Of a DNA stretch of 64,000 bases, positions 26,704 to 41,332 are shown piece after piece. Numbering within the stretch: position 1 is the first letter of the stretch; each line of letters starts with the position of its first letter. Made by a program: the position numbers and the translations under genes. Origin of the DNA: Trichosphaerium sp. ATCC 40318 (taxonomy: Eukaryota > Protista > Tubulinea); assembly GCA_038496445.1 (NCBI GenBank), contig JALMLS010000194.1, positions 62,001 through 126,000 of the forward strand, in the 5' to 3' direction. The notes under the pieces were generated by a model, which was not told the DNA's origin, ran no database searches, and saw only the letters and a program-made list of their open reading frames with translations.

Positions 26704-28444
26704 TTACACAGTGCAAAAGCATTCGTGTCCCCTGTAAGTCACTCTAAAGGATCCTGAAGGTGGAGCCATTGTTATAAAATAACAATACCACTCATCTGTT
26801 TCACAATGTATATCACTGCCATCTGATGTCCTGAAACAAGGGAATGTCTGACACCTTTAAAATACATTATAAGGGAGAGGTAAAAGAGTTGGGCGTTGAG
26901 ATGTTTGAAAAACGACGTCGTACTGGCACATGCCATCAATGATACGTGGTGAAATACATATTAATCCACTTGGCTCTTCTGTTGGTGATTCAGTTGTCGG
27001 TGTAAGAGTGGTTGGTAGATTGCCTATAGTTACAGTAGATATTACTGGAGGTTCACAAAATTCAGCTGTTCCCTGCCTGAGAAGAAAGTCAACAAAACAA
27101 AAAAGAACAAGACAAAAAAACAACATCAAAAAAAGAAAAATTGTGCTCTTGTATGTTTCGCTCACCTGTTCACATTAGCGTTTGATTTGAACGTAATTTC
27201 AGGTGAAAGCGATAGCTTAATATCAGCGGCAACATCATTAGCAGTACCAACAGCAAACAAATCAACCTCGACCATGCAATTTACAAATTCTTCCTCTATC
27301 AGGCTTGCGTTGAATCTGAGTTCATTCCCGGAACTTGTTGGATTTATTGCCTTAGCAACAGTGTCAGATACATGAAAATTATTTTGACTGAGTGTATTTA
27401 GCGTACTTCTGTTGTACAGTTGATAGTTGTGTTGTCCATACGACCAATAGTCTGAGGGAAACTGAAAAAGACTTCAAACTCTTCAAGCGTTTCTGGTATC
27501 GAAGCGTAGTTCTCGCACGTGATACCCAATTTTATTGCATCTCCAACAAGTGCGCTTTCTACCCTATCACCGTTCAAATTTGTGATAGTGTGCCTAAGGA
27601 GTAGACGTTATAAGAGATTCTGAACGCTTTAAGAAAAAATGAAATGATGCTCTCAAACAAACGTACCAGCACGATAGACTTGGTTGACAGCATGAATATC
27701 CGATGTTAGCGTCAACATTAGGAGCATTACCAATAATACCAATCTCTATACGGTCTACAGAAGCGTACGCAGCGCGATTACCACCGTAAGGAAAACAAAC
27801 GTCTGCGTCAAGAATATCCGTTTCTATTGGTAGTCTGGACACCAAAAGTTCGGATTGAAGAGTACTACGCGCAATGAACTCAAGTACGACATCATTATCT
27901 GTTTCTAAGATATGTAGATTCCAACAATCTTATGAAAAAAAGACAATAAGTTTTTTATCACGTGATAAAAAAATAGGACTTAGAAAAGCTATTCTAAATA
28001 CATGACATTCAGTCAAAGGAATTGTGAGAAAAACGGTAAAAAATCCGTTAAAGTTTTTTGATAGGGACTAAGAACGAAGATGCAAAGATGCTTACCACAA
28101 CCGTTCTGTATGAAGTTCGTAGGAGTGAAACCGTTACCATCTTCACCAGCGTATATGGCTCTACATTCACCTGAAACGGAGACATCTGCACTGTATGAAA
28201 TAAAACTGGTAGCAACGGCACAGTGAAGGCCTAGAACATCTGCTGCTGAGCTAGTACGTGTAGCTCGAAGGATCCTAGTACCACCTATGATTGATGCAGG
28301 GTCTGTTGTTCTCTGTTCAGCAGTTGTAACAATGTCGGGTCCATCAACAGATATGGAGCTGAAAGCAGTAAACAAATCTATCTCCTGAGAACTTGCCAAG
28401 TATAAGAGAGAGCATAATACCAACGAAACATAGAAAACCTTCAT
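26704..28444 (-). CDS. Secreted protein with Thr/Pro linker and Cys-rich C-terminus, function unknown
   Basis: Signal MKVFYVSLVLCSLLYLASS; DPASIIGGTRIL; PTTLTPTTESPTEEP; spliced end ...GHECFCTV*. Confidence 0.65.
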
Positions 28445-28759
28445 TAGTGGTTGTGGAGGTCGTTTTTTGGGAGATTTATTACACTGTGCTTAAAATAAAA
28501 GGAGATTTTTATTGTGAAACGTGATTGGTTTTTTACGTTTCCCGGAATCTTACACAGTGCTTATTTGCGTAACAGCTGTTTATTGACAGGAACAAAAATC
28601 TCTGTCTGTTACCTAAGTAAGGTAACTTAGGAAAAGCTCGAAGAGAACGCTAAGAAACTAATTCGGAACAAAGAGTACGACTTGATGATACCACTTTATT
28701 GTGGGTTTAACAAAGGATACAACAAAAGTGCAATTCCAACCTTGTTGTTTTGTAATACT

Positions 28760-29220
28760 CTTGCAATTTAGTATTGATTTGTTTTGCCACCAGATGTCTT
28801 ATCTTTTTATCTCCTTCTAGTTTACCATGGACATAATTGCATCGCCCTTGTAATTTACCATTTCTTCCTCTTTCCATGTCGTTTACCTGATGTAGTGGCA
28901 GTGCTCATGTAACTGACCATTATCATGCCATTTCTTGTATTACCCTTCTTTTTTACCATTGGCGTTATATAGTAGATTACCATTTCTGTTCCAATACTTG
29001 CATTCCCTTCCATTTTGTCATTAATGTAGGAGTGTTTTGTATTCCAAGTTTTATACACACCCATGCACATAGAAACGGTGTAATGCCAATTGACTACAGT
29101 CATAACACATCTCGAACTCACCACGTGGTTTACAATTGACATAGTACCTTTGTTCTGCTATTGGATGATATATACTCCCTGTCAAGTTCACCTTTTACAT
29201 AAAAATCCTCAATAGCCTGC
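28760..29220 (-). pseudogene. Decayed MORN-variant (YwqK-like) repeat gene
   Basis: Frameshifted ECKYWNRNGNL..NGKKEG*YKKWHDNGQLHEHCHY/GKRHGKRKKW/NGKLQGRCNYVHGKLEG; no introns. Confidence 0.7.
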
Positions 29221-29287
29221 AATAGAATCTCAAGCGGTTACTAAGTAATGTAAGGTACTAATTGGGTACACTTGTAATACAAACTGT

Positions 29288-30675
29288 TTATTGGAGTAAA
29301 ACTACCATAACAAGAATACTTGCAAATAGAACACGTGAAGCAGTACTTTGTTGACCAGTAGGTGCAACAGTAGAAGGAGCAATAGTGCTGTTTGAAGCAT
29401 CAGTTGGTGTTACAGTGGTAGGAGTAGCTGTTGTATTTGAAGAAGACGTTGGCGATACAGTGGTACTATTAATAGAAGAGTATGTTGGCGATAGAGTGGT
29501 GGGAGCCTCAGTTGTAGGTGAGGTAGTTGTAGGAGGCTGAGTACTCGGTGTAGGAACTATACTAGGATTCGGAAACAAGGCCATGTCAAAAGAACCAATA
29601 CTGACACTGTTAGAAACAATGCGTGAAAAATCAAATGATGTGATATTGAATAACACTACTGATCCATTATCGCATACAACTATGAGAGTCTCTACATCCA
29701 AGGTTGACATACCTGAACAATTAATCAATTATAACCAAGAAAAAAACCCGAAAAATCCATTCGAAATAGTTTTGTGAGCGCTCACCTGTTGGATTTTCAC
29801 AAAATATTGGCATAGATACAGTTCTTGTTGTTTCACAATCATTGGTAATATTGACACCTTGAGGGATGGACGCTTCTATCATCATACTTGAGTCACTTGT
29901 TTGATATATTTTATCGCCAATGACAGCAGCTAAACAACACTAGTAAGTATATGTTTTTTGTGATTGTTACTATACCGCTTACCATGTTGTACATCGGGAA
30001 TACTTGTTAGAATTTCTGGACATCTCTTTGTCACAGTACAAGTATCTACATCCAATTCGGCAAGTCCTTTGATCAAATAGGATGACGAAGAAATTGCTCC
30101 CCACATGTATAACTTTCCTGAAATTGGATCAACTGTCAAAGAAGAATAAGCAGTAACGTTACACTCTTTCAACTACATTCTGTGTAAGAAATAACAACAA
30201 TTAAGTACTGAGAATTGTGATGAAATGTAGACCTTTGACCTTGCAGGCAGTTTGGTAAAAATAGCGCAAACCTCTTACCTTGTTACAATTTCTGTCATAA
30301 ACAAATGTTAGATCTCCATCTTCCCCAATATGAGTTTTTGGCCCACGTGAAAGTACGATTCGTTCATCTTGTAGAACAGCAATACCTACTGAATCATCGC
30401 CTGGTCTTGTGGTTACATTTACGCACTCTAGTGAAATTATTAGCGTTAGGCACTAACAAATCAGAAAAAACCTGTTTCTTGAGGTCATTCAGATTGGTTT
30501 GATCTAACTTACCGCCAATTACTTGTGATGGGTCAGACCTGCTTAAAAAACGAATACCAGTAGTTTCATCAACAGTATTTACAAAATCGACAACGTAGCT
30601 GTCGAAAGTTGCTGGAATAGAAGCAATGGTGATAGCGATGCATAGAGAAAATAAAAAACAACAAGATGTTGCCAT
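29288..30675 (-). CDS. Secreted Ser/Thr-rich, probably GPI-anchored surface protein
   Basis: Signal MATSCCFLFSLCIAITIA; mucin-like PTT stalk; hydrophobic end ASRVLFASILVMVVLLQ*. Confidence 0.7.
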
Positions 30676-31341
30676 TTCGAAGTCAGAGATGAGAAATCTA
30701 TGAAAAGGTTTTTGTGTTGTGTCACAACTAGTTTAGCTAAATTACAGAACAACATTGACTTGTGTTCGCTCTCACTAGGCATAAAGGTGTTTGATGGGAG
30801 CAACTATAATCTAAATAAAGCGATATAGAGGCTCGAGTGTCTATTTATAGCCACAACACAAAATCAAAATTAAAACATCACGTGATGTGTAAGGCTCCTG
30901 AGCACAGCGGAATATTCTTGTAGCGACGGTTGCTTTAGATTACCTAACCTTAATAGGGCAGGTAGTCACCAAAACCTCTGTAATTGGTGCTTCTTGAAAG
31001 TCAGCAAATAGTAGTGTTGGGACAAGGTTTGGTGAAAGGCTATTGCTATGATACGAATGAATAGAACTAGTATGTTTATCACTTTGTAAGTGTAACATTG
31101 TCTGTCATTCAAACCAATACTGTTTTTCTATTTCTGTTCACAACTACTGGACAAGTGCGAATACTCTGGCTGATCTTTCGAAGAACTGAAATTTGCACAG
31201 AGGTTTACCTGCGCTAGCACTCACGTCGGTGTCAAATGCTGTTCTAGCTATCACAGGAGCCCTCATGTGCAAGATGAGTTTCCGAGAGTTTTTGACCAGT
31301 TTTGAAGAAGGTTAAACTCCTTACATTTTTTTTACAGTTCC

Positions 31342-31407
31342 TGAGGCTTTTTTTTGGTTCCTCGTCTGGTAAAGTCTACGACAAAAACGACCTTTAACAC
31401 GTGATCT
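31342..31407 (+). promoter_or_regulatory. 5' flank shared by RCC1 copies 6 and 7 (44324-44388), ending CACGTGatct-ATG
   Basis: tgaggcttt...cctcgtctggtaaagtctacgacaaaaacgacctttaa(a)cacgtgatct at both loci; unrelated sequence further upstream. Confidence 0.6.
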
Positions 31408-33245
31408 ATGGCAGTACCTCGCACTTCGTCGGTTAATTTACAATACATTAACCGGTTGGCCACTGGTTGGGCACATTCAATGGTAATCACAGACGATGGC
31501 TTTGTTTACACGTGGGGACGAAACAATGAGCACCAATTGGGTAACACAGACGAAGAAAAGAGTTCTATCGCAAGACCAATAAAATCACTCATAAATATCG
31601 TCTGTATTGCTGTTGGATGCGAACATAGCCTTGCAGTTGATTCAAATGGTATTGTGTATGCATGGGGGAGTAATTCATATGGGTCATTGGGTCTGGGTCA
31701 CTTTGCGTCACGTGTTTCGTCACCAACACGTGTTCCAAATCTCACCCAAATCACTCAAGTCACTGCCTATCATGCGAGTATGGCGTTATCACATTCAGGT
31801 CATGTCTACTCTTGGGGAGACAACAGATGGGATGGATTGGGTCATTCATTCGATAATTCAAAAGTAAACTCACCAAAACGTATTCCAAGTCTTGATCATG
31901 TCAACAAAATTCAAACTAATTGGCATGTAAGTGGAGCAATGACATCAACAGGTCATGTATTTCTTTGGGGAACAACAGAAGATAATGCAATAGATAAATC
32001 GTTATTCTTGAATCCAAAGACAATTTCACGTGTTCCAAGTATTGATGATGCCACTGATATTGCCATTGGTCTTGGGCATTTACTTGTTCTCCTCAAGTCA
32101 GGACAAGTATTTTCTTTTGGACACAACTACAATGGGTGTCTTGGGTTGGGTATTGATGATGAGTATGGCCAGGGTATCATCAAAGACTCAATAACATCAA
32201 ATCTGTACATGCTGGTTACTGTACATCATTTGCAATTGATGATGAAGGTTGTTTGTTTGGCTGGGGTAAAGGGAAACTTATTGATTCGTTCAATTCAAAC
32301 AAACCATTAAAATTACCTGGAAAATATCTTGAGTTTGCTAATAAATTAGATCATTACTTGGCAATATCTCATGACTTCAAGTTGGTCACAGGTGGTCATA
32401 ACTTTTTCGGTGTATCTTCACCACAAAAATTAACATTCAACAACTACAAAAAGGTACTCAATCATTTGATATCAGCATGATATGCATACAATTTGTTTAG
32501 GTAATCCAAACCTCAGTTGACAATTCAGAAAAGATACGCAAAGAGTTGAAACAAGACCCAAAACACAACTTAACATCAATTGATGGTGGTCGAGAATACA
32601 CCAAGTTTGAAGATGCTCCAGAGCATGTTGATAGAATCAAAGATGCCCTTGAAGCCTTTGAAATACAACAAAGCCAGGAAGACACTTTAAATGATGTACC
32701 TTTCTTGATAAACATAAAATACTCTAACAACGATTCATAGGCTAAGAAAGATGATATCAATGAAAAACCATTTCTAACGGATGCATTACTAACATCAAAG
32801 CCATGGATCAATAAACCAGATGTTTCTATTGACGACAACAAGGTGCTCAGATCTTCAATTTTATTTTGTTATTTACATATTAATTCCAAGAGCTTTCCTT
32901 CTGCACTCATTAGACATGGTTTATCAAGTAATGAATCATCTCTACACCGACCATATGTTAGTGATACGATAGGAACTGTATGAATTACAATATTGTATTT
33001 GTTATTGACTGACACTTCACGTCTAGAATCCAATACCAGCCACACCTAAAACATCAAGTACCAAAGTTGAGTGGGTGACTATTTTGATGTCAGCAGGGTT
33101 TGACAAATCAAGAGCACATCAGCTTGGATCCAAAATGAATCGTGCATGTTTTGAATGGAGTGATGTAACAGGTGAGGTTATGAAAAGGCTTGGATTCGAT
33201 CCTTTCGAGCGTCTTGACTTTATCGAGTACCAAGACAAATTGTAA
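31408..33245 (+). CDS. RCC1-propeller + linker + SAM-like protein, copy 6 (linker B, tail X; 1-nt frameshift ~32185)
   Basis: atcaaagactc versus atcaaaggactc in other copies; ends ...LGFDPFERLDFIEYQDKL*. Confidence 0.8.
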
Positions 33246-33650
33246 GTGTCTGCGTCAAAATAAATAGTATTAGTTAGCATTTTAAATATTTGATAATTCA
33301 GGTAATCTTTCTGTTGCTTGCCCAAATGCAACAAGCGTCCAGCTTATGTTATCAGAAAGTGTTTGACAGTAGTAGTTTAGAGTAAACAGCAACCAGTCTA
33401 ATTAAGTATTACTGTTAAAATGAAAACAGACTTGGAAAAGCCAATCATTTTTGATACTTAAAAGTTTCTTCCAGAATAACGCTTGCAAGGCCACAACTCT
33501 CAAAAGGTAGAACAGATTGTGTAAGCTCTGTTAGTTGCGCAAAAACCAAATGACATTTCTGTAACTTCATTGGTCAAGCAATTAAGTTGTGTGGAAGATC
33601 ACTAAAAATTGTGTGCAATTACAAGAAAAGGTGATAACCCCTTATTCAAT

Positions 33651-36600
33651 TTATTTACGGACTTTCCAGTTCTTGCTCATAGTCAATTTTTTTCTTGCTT
33701 CTGGATTTGGTTTCAAAATAACAAAACCTTCAAGAACGGAGCTTAGTGGTATGTGCTCATCATTTGCCATCTCAGCACGTTCTCCATGTTGCAACAAGAC
33801 TGGTGTTTGGTGTGTTTGGAATCCTGTAATCGATTTTGGTTTACCAGCTTGTCCAACGACATCTACGGCTTGTCCAACACGTACAGTAACCTAATACATA
33901 ACGTTAGACACGTTTATCCTGATTAATTTTTTTTTTCCTGTACGCACCTGCAATGGGTTCATTTCTTCATCGAACGTCATAAGGATACGTGGGTACATGG
34001 ATAGAGATATTAAATACAACAAATAATGGGCCTAGAGATCATCAGTAACTTTATCAAATAGCACGTAAAGGTCAAATTGTCTACGCGACAAGAAATTTTT
34101 TCTTTCATCAAAAAAGTGAAGACGCACCTTGCCAAGGATAATGTTTTTAAAGTCAGTACAAGCATACATGACTGAAATCAAACCTGCAACAGCAACAGGG
34201 CTCATTAAGTTGCCCTCACTATGGAACGGCTGCAATCCGATTGTTCCTTTACCCATATACAACAGACCCTAAAAAGCGCGTAAGCACAAATGTAGTTGGA
34301 AAGTAGACGCGTAGAACATCACTTAGTAACTGTTCTCCCTTCTGAGCGTTATAATCGTACCTGCGCAAAGCGGACAAGGAATTTATGATTTGGCTCCTTA
34401 TTATAATACACCGCCAAGTTTCTGAGTAGTTGAGCGATACGAGAGTTATTTGTACCAGCACCAATTAAGCCAAGACCTAGACATTAACGTTAAGTACGAA
34501 CCGACTCAAAAAAACGCAAAAAAAAAAAGTTGAACTCGAAATAAAAAAAACGTACTCAAAATTGCGCCCATGGCTGTTTCTCCATCGTGGTCGTGACTGA
34601 GCTTAGATAGTGTGTCCATTACTGTAATTTCAGGGTTTCCTACGCGCAACAAACCGAGAGCGAGAGGTACAGTACGTCTGATGTTAAGTTCACCATATTG
34701 CAACAAGTGATCAAAAGAACGGATAACCATATCAGCTCCAATCTCTTCACACATTGAAATCAAAGCTATACCCAAAGTTGCAACAGACTAAAAAACACAG
34801 TGAGCACGGTGCAAGCACAAAAAAAAATTCAGTTTTAAAACGAACCTGAAATTCATCATCCTTCTCTAAGTGTTCGCTGCAAGCGTGTAACATTTCTTGT
34901 ACTTTAAGTACGTTACCTGAACCAGCGTATGCCAAGGTATCGACTGTGTAGTACGAGAATTTGAAGAATGGCTTATCTCCCTTTAAGGTCTCCAAGACAA
35001 CTTCAGCAGCCTCTTGTTTGCCCAAATACAACAAACCAAGAGCAAGAGACAAGAATCGCGCCCATGTAGACGAGAGACCTGTTTCGCCTTTATCGAGAAT
35101 AGTAGCAAGCAATGTCTCAGTAATATCTCCATCGCAAGTACCAGCGAATACAAGACCTTTAAAAACGTGTAAACAAAAAACCAGGAAAAAAAAAACACAA
35201 CTACGTGTGTTACGAACGAGTAGCGTACCTAGAGCGAGCGCGTAATGGGCAGTGACTTCCATAGTGTTTGATCCTTCTAGAAGTGGCAAGAGCAATTCTT
35301 TGATATCCTCGTTACCAGAGGAACAGTATGCAATACCCAAACCCAAAGCAGCAGCTGTTTTAACAGTACCGCTTTTGTTTTCTTCTAGAGGTTCACGAAG
35401 CAAACCAAGAGCAGCGCCATAGGCATCACGTACACCAGAGTTTACAATACCGATACCCAATAGAGCTCCAGCCTAATAAAGACGTCAATAAGCTGTAAAA
35501 AACTACAATTTTCGAAAGCATGTCGCATTTGGACGAAAACTCGAATGTAAACGTTACCTTGATGTAATCTTGGTTGGAGTACATGAATTTATCAAGCTTT
35601 TGACAACCGCCCTCGATATCCCATATGTTAATGAGGCCAAGAGACGCTGTTGCGCTCATCATGCCGTGTTCCTTATTTTTAAAAATCCAAGTGTTTGATG
35701 CTATAAAATCATGGTTAGAAAAAGATGTACAAAGGAGAAAGAAATGGAGTAAAACAAAAAACTCTTTTTTTTTTTTTTTTTGATTAGATATCAGTCAACA
35801 TGCATACCTTCACCGGACATTAGAGTGTCGTTGCGGTAACCAGCATTTACAAAACCATTTGTGAATGTAGAAGCGAGATTTTGGCGTGCAGAGTCTACAC
35901 GTGTAGCGTTACGTGTTTGTTCCAAGTGTGTTTTGTAAATATCTTCTGGAGTTTTAGGTTCCATCAAATCCAATTCCTACAAACATTATTAAGGAGAATT
36001 AAAATGTAAAAACGCCAAAAAAAAAAAAATCAAGAAGAGAGAAAATGTTACCTTAGCGAGTTGTAAAAAGTAATCGGATAATTTAGAGTTAGTAACAATG
36101 CCGGTAAGTTCCTCGTTAAGCTCTTCTTGAGCTTCATCAAACTCTTCTTCATCTTCATCGTCCATATCCATATCATCATCATCATTTATTAAATCAAAAT
36201 AATGTTGACGGGCAAGCATAAATGCCAACTGACGTTTCATACTAAGCAGAAAAAAAATCAACAAAAAAAAAAAAAAGAAGAAAATTTGTCTTCTCTTTAC
36301 ACTTCTAGTCACATTCGCTCAAATGCTTACTATTTTGTTTCTCCATACCACAAATACACCCTACGCTTTATTTTGCTCATAAAAGCAGTATAATCGAGGG
36401 CTGTGGGTGGAGAAAAGCGAAGAATTTGAACGACTGTTTTTTAGAAGTGTAAAGAAAGAAAAAAATGGAATCATTTTAACGTACTTTGGGTCTGTGCAAT
36501 TTTCGTAGATTTCTTTAACGTAATCTTTACGATCAAGTTGTAAAGCAACACGCATCTCTCCAGGAATGTTACCCACTTTTTTGTTAATGTTACGGACAAT

Positions 36601-37918
36601 ATCCAATACTTTCTTGTCCTCAGGGCCAGGTAGGTAGTTGGCACATTGGATCAAATATATACAAATACGATGGTAGCTATCCTCATCAATGAACTCTTCA
36701 AAAAAAAACATGTCAGAAAAAAAAAAACACGCTTGAAAAAACAAAACGAATAAAAAAAAAAAGCGAAAGCATACCAAGGATTTTCTCGAGTTGTTCTACT
36801 TCTAGAAGTAAATCACAGGCCTCTGGTCTGGCGTTGTGTGTTACATAGTATGGTACGATTTCTTCAACAAGGGCCATAATCTTTGGTTCAGCACCCTATA
36901 ACAAACAGAGTCAGTAAAAAGAAAAATTAAAAAAAAAAAATAACTTCACACAAAAAACCAACAAAGGCAAACAATTTCAACCAAAAAAAATCAATAAAGA
37001 ATGACTCTATAAGGACGTACTTTATCATCATATTCTGCCGCAATCTCAGCGGATAGATGCCTAAAATATTAATGTCAGAGAATAAAATCAAGAACATTTA
37101 ATAGAGATAGTCTGTAACTCCACAAAAAAATGAAAACAAAAAAAAAAAAACTCAAAACAGTTTTTGGCGTTACAAAATATTTGTCGGCGCAGCCGTTTAG
37201 GCTGTAAACGCTATATAACGTTAACTGAAGCGATACTGTACGCTATAATAATTTTTGAAGCGTTTTGTTATTTTATCTCTTTAAAAGCCGTTTAACGGGG
37301 TATATGAGTTACGTACTGAACGTATTCGTGTCCCCACTCGCCAACGTCGCCACCAAGACCGCTTAGACGATAAGTTAAGCATAAACGTTCTGTGTTTGGT
37401 ATCGTCATAGAGAGTACTGATAGTATATCTGAGAGCATTTTCTAAGGTATGTGAGATTTTGAACGTCTTTCGAAATTAAAACGGCTGAATAAGCGCAAAA
37501 AATACTCCAGTAGTGTTTTCCAAGCGCTTTGTAACCATGTAGGCAGTTATTGATTGTTTTGCCCACGCACCTTATTTTCGCCGTCTGGCATCTCGTTGTG
37601 TGCTTCCTTTAGCGTATCAACGTGTGGGCTCAAAAACTTGAGTGGTTTAGGGACAGAGGTCATTGAGGAAGTGGACTCTCTGATCGCTTTTTTCATCAGT
37701 TTTAACCCATTAGCTGCAATATCGGATGAGTTATCTTGCACTGAGCCAACGAGCGTTTCTAATTCTTCCTTTAAACGCCTATCTTCATCTGTCTACAACA
37801 AATAATTGGCGTTTAATTATTATTTGATGATTTAAACTACCAGGTCATCATCCTCTGTATCTGGCTTCTTTGTGTTGGTTTTTTCTTCTGGTACTGTTTT
37901 CTTTTGCTCTGTTTCCAT
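33651..37918 (-). CDS. RPN1: 26S proteasome regulatory subunit RPN1/PSMD2
   Basis: [18 protein letters not shown]; [20 protein letters not shown]; [20 protein letters not shown]; [25 protein letters not shown]. Confidence 0.95.
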
Positions 37919-38149
37919 TGTTAGGTGACTGCGCGGTACGCCTACTGGATTTTTGTCAACAAATTAAAAGTTGATTCTAAGTCTTAAAAAATGCTCACTT
38001 AAAGTCTAAGCTCAGCCTATGGTGATGTAGTAGTGCTAGAGAGTATAAGCAGTTGTTAAATGGTACATTAGCAATCAATTTAATAATTTGTGAGCTGTTT
38101 GGTTTAAACTTTGGTGTAGGCTTACCTCGTAGTTACCGGAACCGCCCTT

Positions 38150-41100
38150 ATGGTGGGTACCGTTTCGTATGGTACTTTAGCGCTTATTTTTTGTATTTTG
38201 ATACTTACTGCTGTAATAGCGCATATACGCTTGAATCACGGTACCTTTAGGAAATTCGTTACGTTAGTGCAAAACTTTCTTGTATTCGTCCCAAACACTC
38301 ATAATCTCGTAGGGAGAAGGCGACAAAGCATGATATCAAAAGATTCAAGGTGCTATTGGAGCGCCTCGAAGCGTATGAAAAAGTGGCTATGGAACACGCT
38401 AAAGAGCTTAATTATGATCACGACAAAGCTATGAGGCAGGAAGTCGCCAAAGACATGAAGTGCGCACCTTGTTCAGCCCAAAAATGCTTGTTTAGCTCTA
38501 AACCTATTTTAACGCTCATTTTAGAGACAGCGAAGGCAGTAAAAAGAAGGCAAAAAAGGCAAAAAGCAAAGACAGAAATGTTGACATAAAGGATCCCAAA
38601 AACGCTTCTAAGCAACCTATACCAGAAGATTTTTATGATGGATGTACGTGTAACCATTCAGATGGCTTTTAATTAGTAAACTGACAAAAAACCCATTTTC
38701 TCTCTTGTGTCACGCTGCAACTGGCTTTATTTGATCTCTAACCAATTATTTCTTTGTAGCTTTTCAAGGTGACATGACTAAAGAGGAGGCAGCTCTTATT
38801 CTAGCTATGAATCCAGCGTATGTTTAGTTTTCTTTATTATTTTTTTTAACTCTCGCTTATTATTGCTTTTTCACTTTTTCACGTACTTATGACGCTTAGT
38901 GATTGGTCTGATAAGAAGAAAGTGACTACTGCTCATCGTAAACTCATGCTTTTGAATCACCCGGATAACGGAGGATCGAATTTTCTTGCTACAAAGATCA
39001 ATGAAGCGAAAGATATTTTGATAGATGGTATCGAGCGTGGAGACACTGACGACCTCTCTGGTGCAAGTGATGAGCGTAAAGAAGAGATTAGAAAAGAAAA
39101 AGAGGAAGAAAAGGCAAGACAAGCTGCTGAAGAGAAAGGCGAAGATGAAGAAAAGGAAAAAGAAGACGAAGACGATGAAGTAGCAGGTACCTATTCTTCT
39201 TAGTTTTCATCGTTTATAGTACAATATACGTAAAGTTCTGACCTTTTTCGTTTTGTTAAGATGATCTTTCCGCTACTATGGGTATGGGTGATTTAGGAGG
39301 CTCTAGTGAGGCCTCGGAAACTAAAGATACAGATGAAGAAGTAATAAAAATTAAGCAAGAAGCAGATGCCCGTTTAAGAAAAATGAGTGAGCTTTCTATG
39401 GATTTCCCTGATAAAACAGAATTGAAGACGCTGAGCGTAGAGGAACTATTGGGTGAAGTCAAATCAGTAAAACGTCCAACAGTTTATGAATGGTATGAAG
39501 CTTCTAAGGGCGTAATGTATGATTACGGTGTAATGGGTACGTGCAATGATAGTTACTTTGAAAGGGCTGTTTTTTCAATCATTTTTTTTTCTTGTCTACG
39601 CGAGACAACGTGTAGTGCTTGGCTACGTGTTGACTGACTTTTTCATGTAGGCCTTGAAAGAGCCTCAAAATACTTTAAAGACCAACGTAGAGGTGTAAAG
39701 AAAAGCTATAGGAGGATGCGAGGTGTTTCAACGCCTAGAGAAGCAATGCAGATCTTGCAACATTTTTTTGGCACCACGCTTGGCTTAGGATATTACTTTA
39801 GCTATGTTTTACTCCAGAGGAAGCGTATACCTACCCCAAGTCCATACAAGAAAGAAAGACGAGCATTGTATATGTCGCAGTTGATGCGCTCAATTCGCAG
39901 GCTACGTCGTGCAGCAGTTGATCGGTACTGTGTGAGAGTCTTATATAACGATAAAATCGTACAGCTGGATCCTATCCGGGGATTTATCTTCAACCTCTAC
40001 AAAGAGGCACAAGAGGACAACGATAGGTATAGTGACCCGTATATTGAAGCCAGAGATGCTTATAACAGAGAACTGTTCAAACAAGTTTGTATATTAAAAG
40101 AACGCGGTATTGACGTACAAGGCATCATAGACGCAGCGTTGACAGAGGAGAAGCTTGAAAAGCAGTATAGAGATAGTATTGCTAAAATGAACGCAAGAGT
40201 GGAAAGAACACGAGATGCTATAGCCAAAGCGCATGTAGCGCAAAACAATACCGAATCAATTCCCACACAAACACCCGAATCCCCACCCATGCCGGCTTAT
40301 CAAGAAACTCCACTACCAAAGTATGAGGCTGAGATATCGAGGGTGAGGATGGAAATGGAACAAGAAAAGCGAAAGATTGATGCGATGTTTAAAAACATTG
40401 AAGATGATGCTCAGATTGAGTATACTGCTAGACTTGCTTTTGAAGATAAGAGAGATGCTCTTCTTGTTGAGGAAGAGAAGAAGAAGCAGGAAGAAATCAT
40501 CAAAGCAGAGAAGCAAAGAGAAAAGGACATGAAAGACCCTGTTAAGAGGAAGAAGATTGAAAAAGAAGAAGCTGAAGCAATTAGAGAAGATAATGAATTA
40601 AGAGCAAGGTGGGGGTTACCTAAGAATGAGAAGATCCTCAGTGAGAAGGAGAAGGCTATTGTGGAAGCTGAGAAGGCTAAAGAAGCAGCTGAGAATGAAG
40701 GTGAAGAAGAAGGAGAAGAAGAATTATCAAAAGCTGATGGTGAGCGTGCTGATAAGAAAAAGAAGGAAGCAGAAGCTGCTGCTAAAGAGGCTGAGAAAAA
40801 AGCTGCCAAGGAGAAAGAAGAGGAAGAAGAGAGGTTAAAGAAGGTTGAAGAAGAAAATAAGAAGAGAATTGAAGCTACAAGAAAGAAGCTCAAGTCTTTG
40901 GATAAGCAGTATACCATGCAAGCAAAAAAGAAGGTTCATTTTGATCGTATAAAGTTTGAGAAAGAAATGCAAGCTGAGATGAATGATAAGCAAGCAGAGA
41001 CATTAGAAATTCAGATACGTGAATCATTACGTGCTGTTGAACCTCTTCCTATTCCAAAACCAACAAGTGGTGCTTTTGAGAGGTTCTCAGAAGTTCCTGA

Positions 41101-41332
41101 TGATTTCGTCTTGAAAGACAGCGTACTTGGTGAGTATGTTCCTCCTCATAGAACTGTTCGTGGGTTCTTAAAGAGAGCTCTTGTTCCTCCTCCTACTTTA
41201 TCTCAAGCTGAAGAAAAACTCTTCTCTTGGTCTAAGGCTTTGAAGGAGCTTGAAGAAATTGAACAAAATAAATCGGGAGATAACACTGATACTAAGAAAA
41301 ACCAAGAAGAGAAGAAGGAAAATGAGGCATAA
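38150..41332 (+). CDS. PAM18/TIM14-type J-domain protein with N-terminal TM and long charged coiled-coil C-terminus
   Basis: FYDG|SFQGDMTKEEAALIL...AHRKLMLLNHPDNGGSNFLATKINEAKDIL; followed by exons to an E/K-rich 538-aa ORF. Confidence 0.7.

Noticed and set aside
31342-33300. RCC1 cassettes as classical transposons
   Set aside because: No TIRs, TSDs, LTRs, poly-A tails or transposase found by eye; introns retained
40411-40917. Ser/Phe-rich antisense ORF
   Set aside because: Mirror of the E/K-rich coding strand
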